Source of the DNA: the human T2T-CHM13v2.0 reference genome, Homo sapiens
NCBI RefSeq assembly: GCF_009914755.1
Contig: NC_060927.1
Strand: one strand, 5' to 3'
DNA length: 64,000 bases
Every line of letters begins with the position of its first letter. Position 1 is the first letter of the stretch. Under the pieces are notes generated by a model. The model was not told where the DNA came from, made no database searches, and worked only from the letters and a program-made list of their open reading frames with translations. A program made the position numbers and the translations under genes. Positions 31,560-47,622 of the stretch are shown here, piece after piece.

Positions 31560-32209
31560 ATAGATAAATAAATTTTCAGTGTAATATTATGCATAAACAG
31601 AAAATAACTTCGGATACATGGTTGAATTTTAGTAACATAATGTAGAGTAGAAAGAAGATAGACACAAAATCAATCTATGAGCCTTACTATAGGATCACAT
31701 TTATATAAGATTTGGAAAATACAAAATGAATCTACCCAACAGAAGTCATAATAGTGGTTATCTAGGAGGTAACAACAGGGAAGAAGCATGGTAATATCTT
31801 TATATGGGTACTGATTTCACAGGTGTATTCAGTTTGTAAAAACTCATTGAACTGTATAAGATTTACACATTTTATACTATATTTTATCAAACAAAAATTA
31901 ACAGAAATATTACATTATATATAATTGTGAAGCTTACTTTAACAGATTGGTTATTAAAATTTTTCAAAGTAGATATTAGTGATAACTAAACTGTTCATTT
32001 TTATTATACAGTGTACTTCACCTATTAACTTACTTTAGTAACTTTGAGGTTCTTTATACAAGTACACATTTTGAAGTTTATTTTTGTACTGCACAAAAAC
32101 GCATTTGAAATGTTACTTATATAAAATTAAATGAAATTATAAATGATTTATATTGATAGATTACTACTATTCATAGAACATGAACCGGGTGCTAAGCTTT
32201 TCAAAGACA

Positions 32210-33330
32210 TCTTTATTTGGGTGTAATTGAAATACAATTAACATGCACATACTGAAAATATACAGTTTGATTAATTCTGACATGAGTATACACCCAAAAA
32301 ACCATCATCATGACAAAAATAGTGACCATATACCTCACTTCCAAAAGCTTCCTCTTGCCCCCTTGTACTTTCTCCCCTAATATCTCCCCATTCACAAGAA
32401 CCTCTGATCTGCTTTCTGTCTATACATGAGTTTGCATTGTGTAGGATGTTATACAAATGGAATCGTAAAATATGTTTGCTTTTTCTATCTGGTTCCAGCA
32501 TAATTATCTTAAAATTTGTGCATGGTGTTTAATATAACAATAATTTACTTCTTTTTATTGCTGAGTAGCATTCCATTTTATGAATATATCACAATATGTT
32601 TAAGTGCTCACATGTTAATGTACACTAGGTTGGTTCCAATTTGGGGATGCTACGACTATGGCTTTCAATGGACACGTGTCTGTGTTCATTTTGGCCAAGT
32701 ACTAGGATGAAAACACTGAGGTCTATGTCTAAAAGTTTTTAAAAATTGCCAAAATGTTTTCCACACTGGTTGTACCATTTTATACTCCCACTAGCAGTAC
32801 ATGAGTGTTCTAGTTGTTTCACGTCCTTGAAAACACTTGGCATAATCATACTTTTAAAACATTCTAATAGGTGCGTAGTGGCATTTCATTGTGTTTTTTA
32901 TTTGTAATTCACTAATGACTAATGATGACTATATATACCATGTATTCATATGCTTATCTGCCATCTGTGTATGTTCTTTGGTGAAGTGTTTGTAGTATAA
33001 AAGGCTTACCCATTCTGATTGGGGTTTCTGTTCCCATTATTTCTGTGTTTTGAGAATTCTTTATATATTATAGATACAAACCCTTCTTCAAATATGTGAT
33101 TCGCCATTATTTTCCCCGAGGCTACAGCTTCTCTTTTTATTTGCTTAAAAGTCTCTTTTGAAGTAAAAAGTTCTTAATTCTAATTAAGTCCAACTTATAA
33201 AACTTTACTTTTATTGATCATGGCTTCGGTGTTATACCTAAGAAATCTTTGCCTAATAAAAGTCACAAATATCTAGCCTGTGTTTTCCTCTACATGTTTA
33301 ATAATTGTATATTTCAAAATTAAGTCTATA
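32210..33330 (-). mobile_element. Old L1 3' region (L1MD/L1MC-like)
   Basis: CTTTATTTGGGTGTAATTG...TGGTTGTACCATTTTATACTCCCACTAGCAG...AAGAAATCTTTGCCTAA. Confidence 0.8.
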
Positions 33331-33359
33331 TGGTGCAAATAATATAACAAGGTTTGTTT

Positions 33360-33479
33360 GGGATACATGTCCAGAACATGCAGGTTTGTTATATAGGTAT
33401 AGATGTGCTGTGGTGGTTTGCTGCACTCATCAACCCGTCATCTGCACATGTATACCAGAACATAAGTATAATTTAAAAA
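33360..33479. mobile_element. Miniature inverted L1PA 3' end (twin-priming-like)
   Basis: 33360-33443 is antisense L1PA7/8-type 3'UTR. 33441-33479 is the sense terminal TCTGCACATGTATACCAGAAC...AGTATAAT plus A-tail. Confidence 0.8.
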
Positions 33480-33738
33480 GAGGAGTAACCATACCCTTAA
33501 TGGAAATAGTTTAAAACATCTTATCCTCATGCCTTTCCCTGAATGTTGATCTCCAAAAGGTATGTCCCAGTCTTGTTAATGAGCCTGGATGTCTGGATAC
33601 AATTACTGAGATTTCTATGCAGAAGAACCTGTTTTAAGCAAAGTTATAAATTTGGCCTGTATTTATTTTAAAATTTCTCTTCACTTTCCTTATGGTATAT
33701 TTCCCTCCAATCTTGGTGCTTAAACACACACACACGCC

Positions 33739-36700
<2,962 letters not shown>

Positions 36701-37587
36701 AGTTACATTTTTAAATGATAATACTTTCTTTTATTATACACAATCTCAAATTTTAAGATTGAAGGTAGGGACATGAGCAAGACATTCCACAAAGATCATC
36801 TCCTTCCACAAAATAAAACTACCTAAGAACAGCAGTTTGGACACTTATGCAATCAAAATGACTGAAGTACTACTTATTATTAATTTTGATGAAAAAGCAA
36901 ATTAGTGGAATACCTAAAATTCTCCATGTAAACACTTGGGAGAAAAATAGCATAACTAAAATGATAAGAGATGATCAGCCACAAGTATTTATAAACTTTT
37001 TAAATGTCAAACTTCATATATATACACATATATAAATGCACATTGGTGTCTGCACACAGCAGAGAGATTTAGAAACTCTGTATAAATTTTTGTGAAAGAG
37101 CATCATATTCTACAACTAGGAAAAGGTATTTAACATCATAGAAAAGACATTTAGTTGCATAGTGATTTCAATTAAATAAAAATTAAATGCTTAAAAGCAG
37201 TTGCTAAATGTTTTATGATCTCCACAAAGAACATTACATACATTGTATTGAAATATGTAGATGCTTAATTTGACTAATATAGATAATAAATTCGGTTTAA
37301 ATATCCAAGGAAAGTCATAGCTTTACCTGGTCCTTTGTTATCAATTGTATATCTACCTCATGGAATCACTGTATTACAAAGTGTGTTAAAACATTTATTT
37401 TTATTAAATTAATATAAGGTATTCTAAAATTAATGTCTTCATACTTTGTGTCAATATTGTAAGTAATACTCAAAATGTAGCCACTTTCTCTATATTAGAC
37501 AATAGAATAAAAAGAGAATAAAAAATATATACATGGAAGACTTAATTTTTGCACCACATTGAACTGATTATGAGTACTGCTGGTAGT

Positions 37588-37725
37588 ATCAGACCTGGGA
37601 ATTCATACCAGTTCTGTCACCACGTCTCAGTTTTCTCATCTATTAAATATAACAAAGGAATTTAAACAATTGGGCTGTTGTGAGGATTGAATGAGATAAA
37701 TTCTGCCAAATGTTGAGCATACAGT
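37588..37725 (+). mobile_element. MIR fragment
   Basis: CTCAGTTTTCTCATCTAT...GCTGTTGTGAGGATTGAATGAGATAA core. Confidence 0.75.
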
Positions 37726-38289
37726 CTCGTCTGTGTGCCTGGACTTGACAACTGTACTTGTCTTCACAGGTATATCCAGGTCACGTTTCTTTTCTGTGTT
37801 AATAAAAGGACCTCATGGATCCTCAGATTTGTGTTACTTAGCACATTCAGAGGGCAGGACCTGGTGCCCAAGCCTGTAGGACTGAGCTGGCAGCAGGCAC
37901 CCAGCTAGCTCAGAGCTCTGCTACAGGATTGGCAAGTAAACATGACAGCTGTTTCCTTCTAAGGGTCTTAGAGCAGCAGAAGGCTTATGCAGCTCTTGGG
38001 CAGAAACCTGGAGAAGCCTGGACAAGACAGACTGAAATCCAAGGTGAAGGATACGTGTGGGTTAGTGAGGAGAGGAGCCACAGGTAGTACCAAGCCGCCT
38101 AGTTGCTCCTTTACAAATGATTCCAGCTTGGAACACCTGTTCTAAATTTTCTGCTTTGTTCCATAACTTAATAGGCAATTCAGATTTGCACAGGGGGAAC
38201 TTTATTCTAGCCAACTAGTCTGGCAGAATTCATTGCTTTGAGGTTAAGACTATTTAACCATTTTGTGATCAAATACATGAATTCCAGTG

Positions 38290-38445
38290 CTTCTTTCTAG
38301 TGTGATGAAAATATTCTGAAATTAGATGATGGTGATGGTTGTCCAACTCTGTAAATGTTTTAAAAAACTTTGAATTGTACCCTTTAAATGGGTAAACTTT
38401 TGATATGAAAGTTATAGTTCAATAAAGCTCTTGAAAAATAAAGTG
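38290..38445 (+). mobile_element. L1MB-like 3' end
   Basis: TGATGAAAATATTCTGAAATTAGATGATGGTGATGGTTG...GAATTGTAC...CAATAAAGC. Confidence 0.8.
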
Positions 38446-38619
38446 AAGACAATAACTTTTTGTTAATTAAGATTTCTGGGAAGCAATAAAGAGTTTAAAA
38501 CAAGAACTTTATATTCTGAGAAACTAAGACACATGGTCATGCTAGCCAGTTACAGCCAAGTGACACTTAGGAGCTGAGAAACTTGATAGTGACAAGATAT
38601 TTGATCATTCTATGATCAT

Positions 38620-38770
38620 TTGCCTCATCACTACTATGAGGGCTAATATCCCCCCTTGCAGTGGTGTTGCTAGGATTGAATGAGGAAATATATGGGAATT
38701 TCCCAGCAGAGTTCCATGGTAGCTACTCAGTAAATGGCAGCTATTATTGTAATTTTTTATTGTTATTTGT
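38620..38770 (+). mobile_element. MIR fragment
   Basis: GTTGCTAGGATTGAATGAG...CTCAGTAAATGGCAGCTATTATT. Confidence 0.7.
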
Positions 38771-39989
38771 AAAACTATAATGTTTTTATATATTAAGACT
38801 AATGCAATGCAGTATGATAAATTTTCATGGTTTGGGGGCTGTAAACCAGAAACCCTGAGCAAGTCAGTTTTTGATCAGGTCAGAGCTGGTAGGTCGGTCC
38901 TGGGCCATTCTAAGTCCTGCCCACCGGCTCTTGGTACTCCTACTCAGGCCTGCATATACAGAAGCATAAAAAGTCTTTTGAATATTTCAGCCAAGGACTG
39001 TGACACTGGACAAAACCTTGTTTATTTTCACTTCCCTCTACTGCAAACTTCATATTTCTTACAGAAAATATACCTAACAGACTTTCTTTCCAGGTCAGCA
39101 GAGACCTCCACCCTGATACTAATTCTGCTGCCTTGCGTTATTTATTTAAGAAGGTAAGGCAAACAAAAAGAAGGTAAATCTAGAAGAAGAAATTTGCCAC
39201 AAAGAACAAAAAGTAGCTTCTAAATTCAGAGGGCCTACATGCTACAGAAAACAAAGCCATTACTAATGAAATATGACACAGCTTTCAATATTCTGTAATA
39301 GTGAAGCCTGAGATTTTGATTTTTATATCTTATTTTATTCAATAGGTTCATCTTCTTTTATAATAAACATTTTTAATCACCTTTTAATAAATTATTTAAA
39401 ACTTAATTTTAACCACTTCTAAACATACATGTCAATATTTTAGTACAGTTCTAGGGATATGTTGAAAAGTATTCACCTATAAATATTGAATGTTTCTTGT
39501 ATACCTGCCATTTTCATGTATGTTTTCATGCTCCCACATAGCCATGCAATGAAGAAGTTATTGTTGTCATTACAATCACTCATGTTTTGTTAATGGGCAA
39601 TCAGACCCAAAAAGGAAAAGAGACTTACTTAATTTCCCACAGCTAAAAAGTAACCGAGACAAGACTCTAACTCAAAATCTTCTAATTTGTGCAATTTTGC
39701 CACTGTAATTGCTAGAGTACTTTTTGAGATTTCACATAACTTGAGCACTATATCTCAATATATGGAAGTATAAAATATAAACATGATGAAAAATCTACGT
39801 TAAAAATAGCATAATAAACCTAAATAAATAATCTCCCTTTCCCATAACTAACAAAAGAAAGGGACATTGTGTATACCAAAAATCTTCAAAACTCGTAGTC
39901 AATGTAGGAAAGATAAGATTTTGAACAGAGGGAAAAAGGTCAGTACAACGCAATACGGTGAAATTCCTAAGAACTCTCACTGTAATCTT

Positions 39990-40344
39990 TTATTTTTTCA
40001 TAAGCTATTGGGGTACAGGTGGTATTGGGTTACACGAGTAAGTTCTTTAGTGGTGATTTGTGAGATTTTGGTGCATGACTCACCCGAGCAGTAAACACTG
40101 CACCATATTTGTAGTCTTTTATCCCACGCCTCCCTCCCACTCTTCCCCCCAGTCCCCAAAGTCCCTTGTATCATTCTTATGCCTTTTGGTCCTCATAGCT
40201 TAGCTTCCACATATCAGTGAGAACATACGACGTTCGGTTTTCCATTCCTGAGTTACTTCACTTAGTATAATAGTCTCCAATCTCATCCAGGTCACTGCAA
40301 ATGCTGTTAATTCATTCCTCTTTATGGCTGCATAGCATTCCATC

Positions 40345-40396
<52 letters not shown>

Positions 40397-43300
40397 GATA
40401 GATAGATAAAGATAGAGATATATATGGAGATATAAATATATAGATATATCTCACAGTTTCTTTATCCACTCACTCACTGATGGGCATTTGGTTTGGTTCC
40501 ATGATTTCACAATTGTGAATTGTGCTGCTATAAACATGCATGTGCAAGTATCTTTTCTGAATAATGACTTCTTTTCCTCTGGGTAGATACCCAGTAGTGG
40601 GATTGCTGGATCAAATGGTAGTTCTACTTTTAGTTCTTTAAGGAATCTCCACGCTGTTTTCCTTAGTGGCTGTACTAGTTTACATTCCCACCAGCAGTGT
40701 AGAAGTGTTCCCTGTTCACCACACCCATGCCAACATCCACTGTTTTTTGATTTTTTGCTTATGGCCATTCTTGGAGGAGTAAGGTGGCATCACATTGTGG
40801 TTTTGATTTGCATTTCTCTGACCATTTGTGATGCTGAGCATTTTTTCATGTTTGTTGGCCATTTGTATATCTTCTTTTGAGAATTGTCTATTCATGTTCT
40901 TAGCCTACTTTTTGATGGTATTGTTTTTTCTTACTGATTTATTTGAGTTCATTGTACATTCTGGATGTTAGCTCTTTGTCAGATGTATAGATTCTGAATA
41001 TTTTCTCCCACTCTATGGGTTGTCTGTTTACTCTGCTGACTGTTCCTTTTTCCATGTAAAACCTCTTTAGTTTAATTAGGTCCCAGCTATTTATCTTTGT
41101 TTTTATGCCATTTGCTTTTGGGTTCTTGGTCATGAAATCCTTGCCTAAGCCAATGTCTAAAAGGCTTTTTCCAATGTTATCTTCTAGAATTTTTAAAGTT
41201 TCAGGTCTTATGTTTAAGTCCTTAATCCATTTTGTGTTGATTTTTGTATAAGGTGAGAAATGAGGATCCAGTTTCATTCTCCTACATGTGGCTAGCCAAT
41301 TATCCCAGCACCATTTGTTGAAAAGGGTGTCCTTTCCCCACTTCATGTTTTTGTTTGCTTTGTCAAAGATCAGTTGGCTATTCAGTATTTGGGTTTATTT
41401 CTGGGTTATCTATTCTGTTCTATTGGTCTGTGTGCCATTTTTATACCAGTACCATGCTGTTTTGGTGACTATGGCATTATAGCACAGTTTGCAATCAGGT
41501 AGTGTGATGCCTCCAGATTTGTTATTTTTGTTTAGTCTTGCTTTGGCTATATGGGCTCTTTTTTGGTTCCATATGAGTTTTAGAATTTTTTTAAAATTCT
41601 GTGAAGAATGATGCTGGTGTTCTGAGGGGGATTGCATTGAATTTGTTGATTGCTTTTGGCAGTATTGTCATTTTCACAATATTGATTCTACCCATCCATG
41701 AGCATGGGATGTGTTTCCATTTGTTTGTGCCATCTATGATTTCTTTCAGCAGTGTTTTGCAGTTTTCCTTGTAGAGATCTTTTGACTCCTTTGTCAGGTA
41801 TATTCCTAAGTATTTTATTTATTTATTTGTTTGCAGCTATTGTAAAGGGGTTTAGTTCTTGATTTAATTATCTGCTTGGTCACTCTTGCTGTATAGAAGA
41901 GCTACTGATTTGTGTACACTAATCTTGTAGCCAGAAACTTTACTGAACTCTTTTATCAGTTCTAGGAGCTTTCTGGAGGAGTCTTTAGCGTTTTAAAGTT
42001 AAACCATATAACCAGCAGTGACAGTCTGAGTTCCTCTTTACTGATTTGGATGCCCTTTATTTCTCTCTCTTGTCTGATTGCTCTGGCTAGGACTTCCAGT
42101 ACTATGTTGAAGAGGAGTGAGGAGAGTGAGCATTCTTGTCTTGTTCCAGTTCTCAGAGGGAATGCTTTCAGCTTTTCCCCATTCAGTATTACGTTGGCCG
42201 TGGATTTGTCATAGATGGTTTTTTTTACATTAAGGTATGTCCTTTGTATACCGATATTGCTGAGAGTTTTAATCATACAGTGATGCTGGATAATGTTGAA
42301 TGCTTTTTCTGCATCTATTGAGATAATTTTTGTTTTTAATTCTGTTTATGTGGTGTATCACATTTATTGACTCATGTATGTTAAACCATCCCTGCATCTC
42401 TGGTATGAAACCCACTTGATCATTGTGGATTATCTTTTTGATGTGTTGTTGGATTCAGTTAGCTAGTATTTTATTAAGGATTTTAGCATCTATGTTCATC
42501 AAGGATATCGGTCTGTAGTTTTCTTTTTTGGTTATGTCCTTTCCTGGTTGTGGTATTAGGCTGATGCTGGCTTCATAGAATGAGTTACAGATGGTTTCTT
42601 CTTTCTCTGTCTTGTGGAATAGTGTCAAAAGGATTGGTACCAATTCTTCTTTGAATGTCTGGTAGAATTCTGCTGTGAATCTGTCTAGTCCTTGATTTTT
42701 GTTGTTGTTGGTAATTTTGTAATTACCATTTCAATCTTGCTACTTGTTACTGGTCTGTTCAGGGTATCTAATTCTTCCTGATTTAAGCTAGGAGGGTTGT
42801 ATATTTCCAGGAATTTATCCATCTCTTCTAGGTTTTCTAGTTTATGTGCGTAGAGGTGTTCATAGTAGCCTTTAATGATCTTTTGTATTTCAGTGGTGTC
42901 AGTTGTAATATCTTCCAGTTTTATTTCTTAGTGAGGTTATTTGGATTTTCTTTCTACTTTTCTTGGTTAATCTTGCTAATGGTCTATCCATTTTATTTAT
43001 CTTTTCAAAGAACCAGCTTTTTGTTTCATTTATCATTTGTAGTTTTTTTTTGTTTGTTTGTTTCAACTTCATTTAGTTTTGCTCTGATCTTGGCTATTTT
43101 CTTTCTTCTTTTGGGTTTGGGTTTGGTTTGTTCTTGTTTCTCTAGTTCCTTCAGATGTGACCTTAAATTGTCTGTCTGTGCTCTTTCAGGCTTTTTGATG
43201 TAGGCATGTAGGGCTATGAACTTTCCTCTTAGCACTGCCTTTGCTGTATCCCAGACATTTTGATAGGTTATATCATTATTGTCATTCAGTTTGAAAAATT

Positions 43301-46300
43301 TTTTAATTTCCATCTTGATTTCATTTTTGACCCAATGCTCCTTCAGGAGCAGGTTATTTAATTTTCTTGTATTTGCATGGTTTTTGAAGGTTCCTTTTGG
43401 AGTTGATTTCCAGTTTTATTCCACTGCAGTCTGAGAGAGTGCTGATATAATTTCAATTTTCTTAAATTTTTTGAGGCTCATTTTATGGCCTATCATATGT
43501 TCTATCTTGGAGAAAGTTCCATGCACTGTTGAAGAGAATGTGTGTTCTGCAGTTGTAGGATGAAATGTTCTGTACATATGTGTCAAGTCCATTTGTTCCA
43601 AGGTATAGTTTAAATCCATTGTTTCTTTGTTGACTCTCTGTCTTGATGACCTGCCTAGTGCTGTTAGCAGAGTATTGCAGTGCCCACTATTATGGTGTTG
43701 CTGTCCATCTCATTTCTTAGGTCTATTAGAAATTGTTTTATAAATTTGGGATCTCCAGTGTTAGGTGCATATATGTTTAGGATTGTGATATTTTCCTGTT
43801 GGAAAAGGTCTTTTACCATTATATACTGTCCCTGTTTATCTCTTTTAACTGCTTTTGCTTTAAAGTTTGTTTTGTCTGATATAAGAATAGCTACCCCTGC
43901 TTGCTTTTGGTGTCCATTTGCATGAAATGCCTTTTTCTACTCTTTTAAGTTTATGTGAGTCCTTATGTGTTAGGTGAGTCCCCTGAGGGCAGCAGATAGT
44001 TGGTTGGTGAATTCTTCTCCATTCTGCAGTTCCATATCTTTTAAGAGGAGCATTTAGACCGTTTACATTCAATGTTAGTATTGAAATGTGAGGTACCGTT
44101 GCTTTCATCATGCTCTTTTTTGCCTGTGTACTTTGGTTTTGTTTTTTGTTTTTGCTTTTTAACTTGTATTTTTGTTTTATTAGGTCCTCTGTGATTTATG
44201 CTTTAAAGAAGTTACGTTTTGATATGTTCCTAGGATTTGTTTCAAGATTTAGAGCTCCTTTTAGCAGTTCTTGTACTGGTGGTTTGGTAATGGTGAATTC
44301 TCTCAACATTTGATTGTCTGAATACGACTGTATCTTTCCTTCATATATAATGCTTAGTTTCACTGGATACAAAATTCTTGGATGATAATTGTTTTGTTTG
44401 AGGAGGCTGAAGATACGGGCTCAATCCCTTCTAGCTTGTAGGGTTTCTGCTGAGAAATCTGCTGTTATTCTGATGGGTTTTCCTTTACAGGTTACCTGGT
44501 GCTTCTGTCTCATAGCTCTTAAGATTCTTTCCTTCATCTTAACTTTGGATAACCTGATGACAGTGTGTCTAGGTGAAGATCTTTTTGCAATGAATTTCCC
44601 AGGCGTTCTTTGTGCTTATTCTATTTGCATGTCTAGGTCTCTCACAAGGCTGGGGAAGTTTTCCTCAATTACTCCCCCAAATATGTTTTCCAGGCTTTTA
44701 CACTTCTCTTCTCCTTTAGGTACACCGATTATTCTTAGGTTTGGTTATTTAATATAATCCCAGACTTTTGGAGGCTTTGTTCATATTTTCTTATTCTGTT
44801 TTCTTTGTCTTTGTTGGATTAGGTTAATTTGAAGACCTCATCTTCGAGCTCTGAATTTCTTCCTGCTACTTCTTCAATTCCATTGCTGAGACTTTCCAGA
44901 GCATTTTGCATTTCTAAAAGTGTGTCCAAGGTTTCCTGAATTTCTGATTCTTTTTTCTTTAAGCTGTCTATTTCCATGAATATTTCTCTCCTCACTTCTT
45001 TTATCATTTTTTGGAATTCCTTGCACTGGGCTTCACTTTTCTCTGGTCCCTCCCTGATTAGCTTAATAACTAACCCCCTGAATTCCTTTTCAGGTAAATC
45101 AGGGATTTCTTCTTGGTTTGGATCCATTGCTGGTGAACTAGTGTGATTTTTGGGGGGTGCTGAAGAGCCTTGTTTTGTTATATTATCAGGGTTGGTTTTC
45201 TGGTTCCTTCTCATTTGGGTAGGCTCTGTCAGAGGGAAGGTCTAGGGCTGAAGGCTGATGCTCAGATTCTTTTGTCCCACAGGTGTTCCCTTGATGTAGT
45301 ACTCTCCGCCTTTTCCTATGGGTGTGGCTTCCTGTGAGCTGAAATGAAGTGATTGTTGACTCTCTTCTGGGTCTAGCTACCCAGCAAGTCTACCCGGCTC
45401 TGGGCTGATACTGTAGGTTGTCTGCACAGAGTCCTGTGACATGAACCATCTATGGGTCTCTCAGCCATGGATACCATTGCCTATCCCAGCAGAGGTGGCA
45501 GAGGGTGCAGTGGACTCCAGGAGGGCTCTTAGCTTTGGTGGTTTAATGCTCTATTTTTATGCTGGCTGGCCTCATGCCAGGAGGTGACACTTTCCAGAAA
45601 GCACCAACTACAGTAGTGTGGAGAGGGACAAGTGGTGGGCAGGGCCCTAGAACTCCCAAGATTATATGACCTTTGTCTTTCACTACCAGGTTGGATAGGA
45701 ATGGACCATCCAATCAGGGCAAGGCTAGGCATGTCTGAGCTCAGACTCTCCTTCAACGGGTCTTGCTGTGGCTGCTGCAGAGGATGGGGGTGAGATTCCC
45801 AGATCACTGTAGTTGTATACCTAGGAGGATTATGGATGCATCTGCTGAGCCATGCACGTTGTCAGGAAAGTTGGGGGAAAGCCAGCCATCACGGGCTTCA
45901 CCCAGCTCCCACACAAACTGAAGAGCCGTCTCACTCTCACCATGCATCCCCCCAATAGCACCTAGGGTCTGTTTCCAGGCAGAGGGCAAGACTGGCCTGA
46001 AAACTTGCCTGAGGCTTTCCGCCTCTCAGGGCTTTAGTTCTTCCTCCACCTGTGAAGTCTGCACACCTCATTCGTGCCCTCCCCTGAGTTCTGGCCAGGA
46101 GGCTAGAGAATTCCTTCTCCCTGTGGAGTTTTAACCCCTGCTTATCTGGCCACCTTCCTGATGGATCCCTGTGGTGCCAGGCAGGAATGGGTTGCTTGGG
46201 GACCCAGCGAGCTCTCACGGCCTTTCTGCTGTTTCCTCTACCCTTGTATTTCACTCAGCTCTCTAACTTGACTCAGCTTCAGGTAAAGTCAGAAACTTCT

Positions 46301-46582
46301 CCCACAAACAGACCTTCAGCTTCTCCAGTGGGAGTGTGTGTTCAGAAGAGGAGGGTCTCCCTTTCCCAATTCTGCAGTTATGGCACTCACAGTATTTGGG
46401 GTGTCTCCCAGATCCTGTAGGAGCAGTCCACGTCCTTCAGAGGGTCTGTGGGTCCTCTTGGGATTGCTGGTTTGTTCTTACAGTCAGTCTGGAGCTAAAA
46501 TTTACAATGCAAGCCTCTACATACTGCTCTGTCCAGAGCTACAGTCTAGTCCTGCCTCCTGTCTGCCATGATCCCCTGAATC
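39990..46582 (-). mobile_element. Full-length L1PB (L1PB1-like, about 6.6 kb), inactive
   Basis: 3'UTR GGGGTACAGGTGGTATT...GTAAGTTCTTTAGTGG. ORF2 remnants from 44111 (PHISILTLNVNGLN) to 40200. ORF1 start MRRNQKTN at 45214. 5' end GATCATGGCAGACAGGAGGCAGGACTAGA. 16-bp TSD at 39974-39989 and 46583-46598. Confidence 0.95.
40345..40396. repeat. (AGAT)13 tetranucleotide STR inside the L1PB, with degenerate extension to about 40450
   Basis: Direct count of uninterrupted AGAT units. Confidence 0.95.
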
Positions 46583-46764
46583 CTCTCACCATAATCTTAG
46601 ATTCAAAGAAAGGCAAACTGAATGAGCAGTTGCTCCTATTCTGACTAGGACTGACAGAAATACTGGTTTGGAAAAACAGATAAGTGAAGAAAGTGACAAA
46701 AGGACTGACTGAGGAGAATAAAACATGTAGCACTACACACTGAATTGGAACAATTAGCTGAAAT

Positions 46765-47041
46765 TTTTTTTCTTTATTCCTTCTTAAAAAAAAAACAGGA
46801 TACATGTACAAAATGTGCATGGTTTGTCACATAGATATATGTGTGCCATGGTGGTTTGCTGAACCTATTGACCTGTCCTCTAAGTTCCCTACCCTCACCC
46901 CCCACCCCCAACAGGCCCTGGTATGTGTTGTTCCCCTCTCTGTATTCATGTGTTCTCAATGTTCAACTCACACTTATGAGTGAGAACATGCAGTATTTGG
47001 TTTTCTGTTCCTGTGTTAGTTTGCTGAGGATGATGACTTCC
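46765..47041 (-). mobile_element. Short L1PA 3' end (L1PA8A-like)
   Basis: GGATACATGTAC...CCTATTGACCTGTCCTCTAAGTTCCC...GAGTGAGAACATGCAGTATTTGG. TSD AGCTGAAAT at 46756-46764 and 47042-47050. Confidence 0.88.
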
Positions 47042-47622
47042 AGCTGAAATCTTAAAGTGTTCCCCCATGGAAATTGAAATACTACCTTCCTTCCCAACCA
47101 AAAAGAGTAAAACATCCTACAATACATTTCATAGACTTTCAGAACAGCATAGCCCAAGTAAATACTGTGTGCCTCCTCAGTTGCGTTCTCTCCCTCCCGG
47201 CTAACAATTTCCTAGGCTACAAAAAAAATAGGGAGCATATGAAAGACTCAGTCTTCAAACTATTGCTGAAGAAGAAAAGAAACAATTCTCAAATACAGTG
47301 AGACACTATATCAGATTGAGTAAAAGACTTGGACATAGCCACCCAAGCATAAACAAGATGATATAATTCACATGCCAACTAAGCAATGGTATTACAGTAA
47401 AAAGAAAAAGAAAATCTTTTTTCATAGGAAAAAAAAAAAACCTACTGTAGAAGAAAACAAAAATCCTTACCTCCCACAAAAATGAAGAAAAGATGCCATG
47501 CTATAGAAAAACTTTTTGTCACTGTGAATTTAACCAACAAGCATGCAAAGGTGAAATGATCAAACAACAAAATGAGATTTTTTTTAAGGGGATGAAGGAT
47601 TACTGACATATAGATACATACT

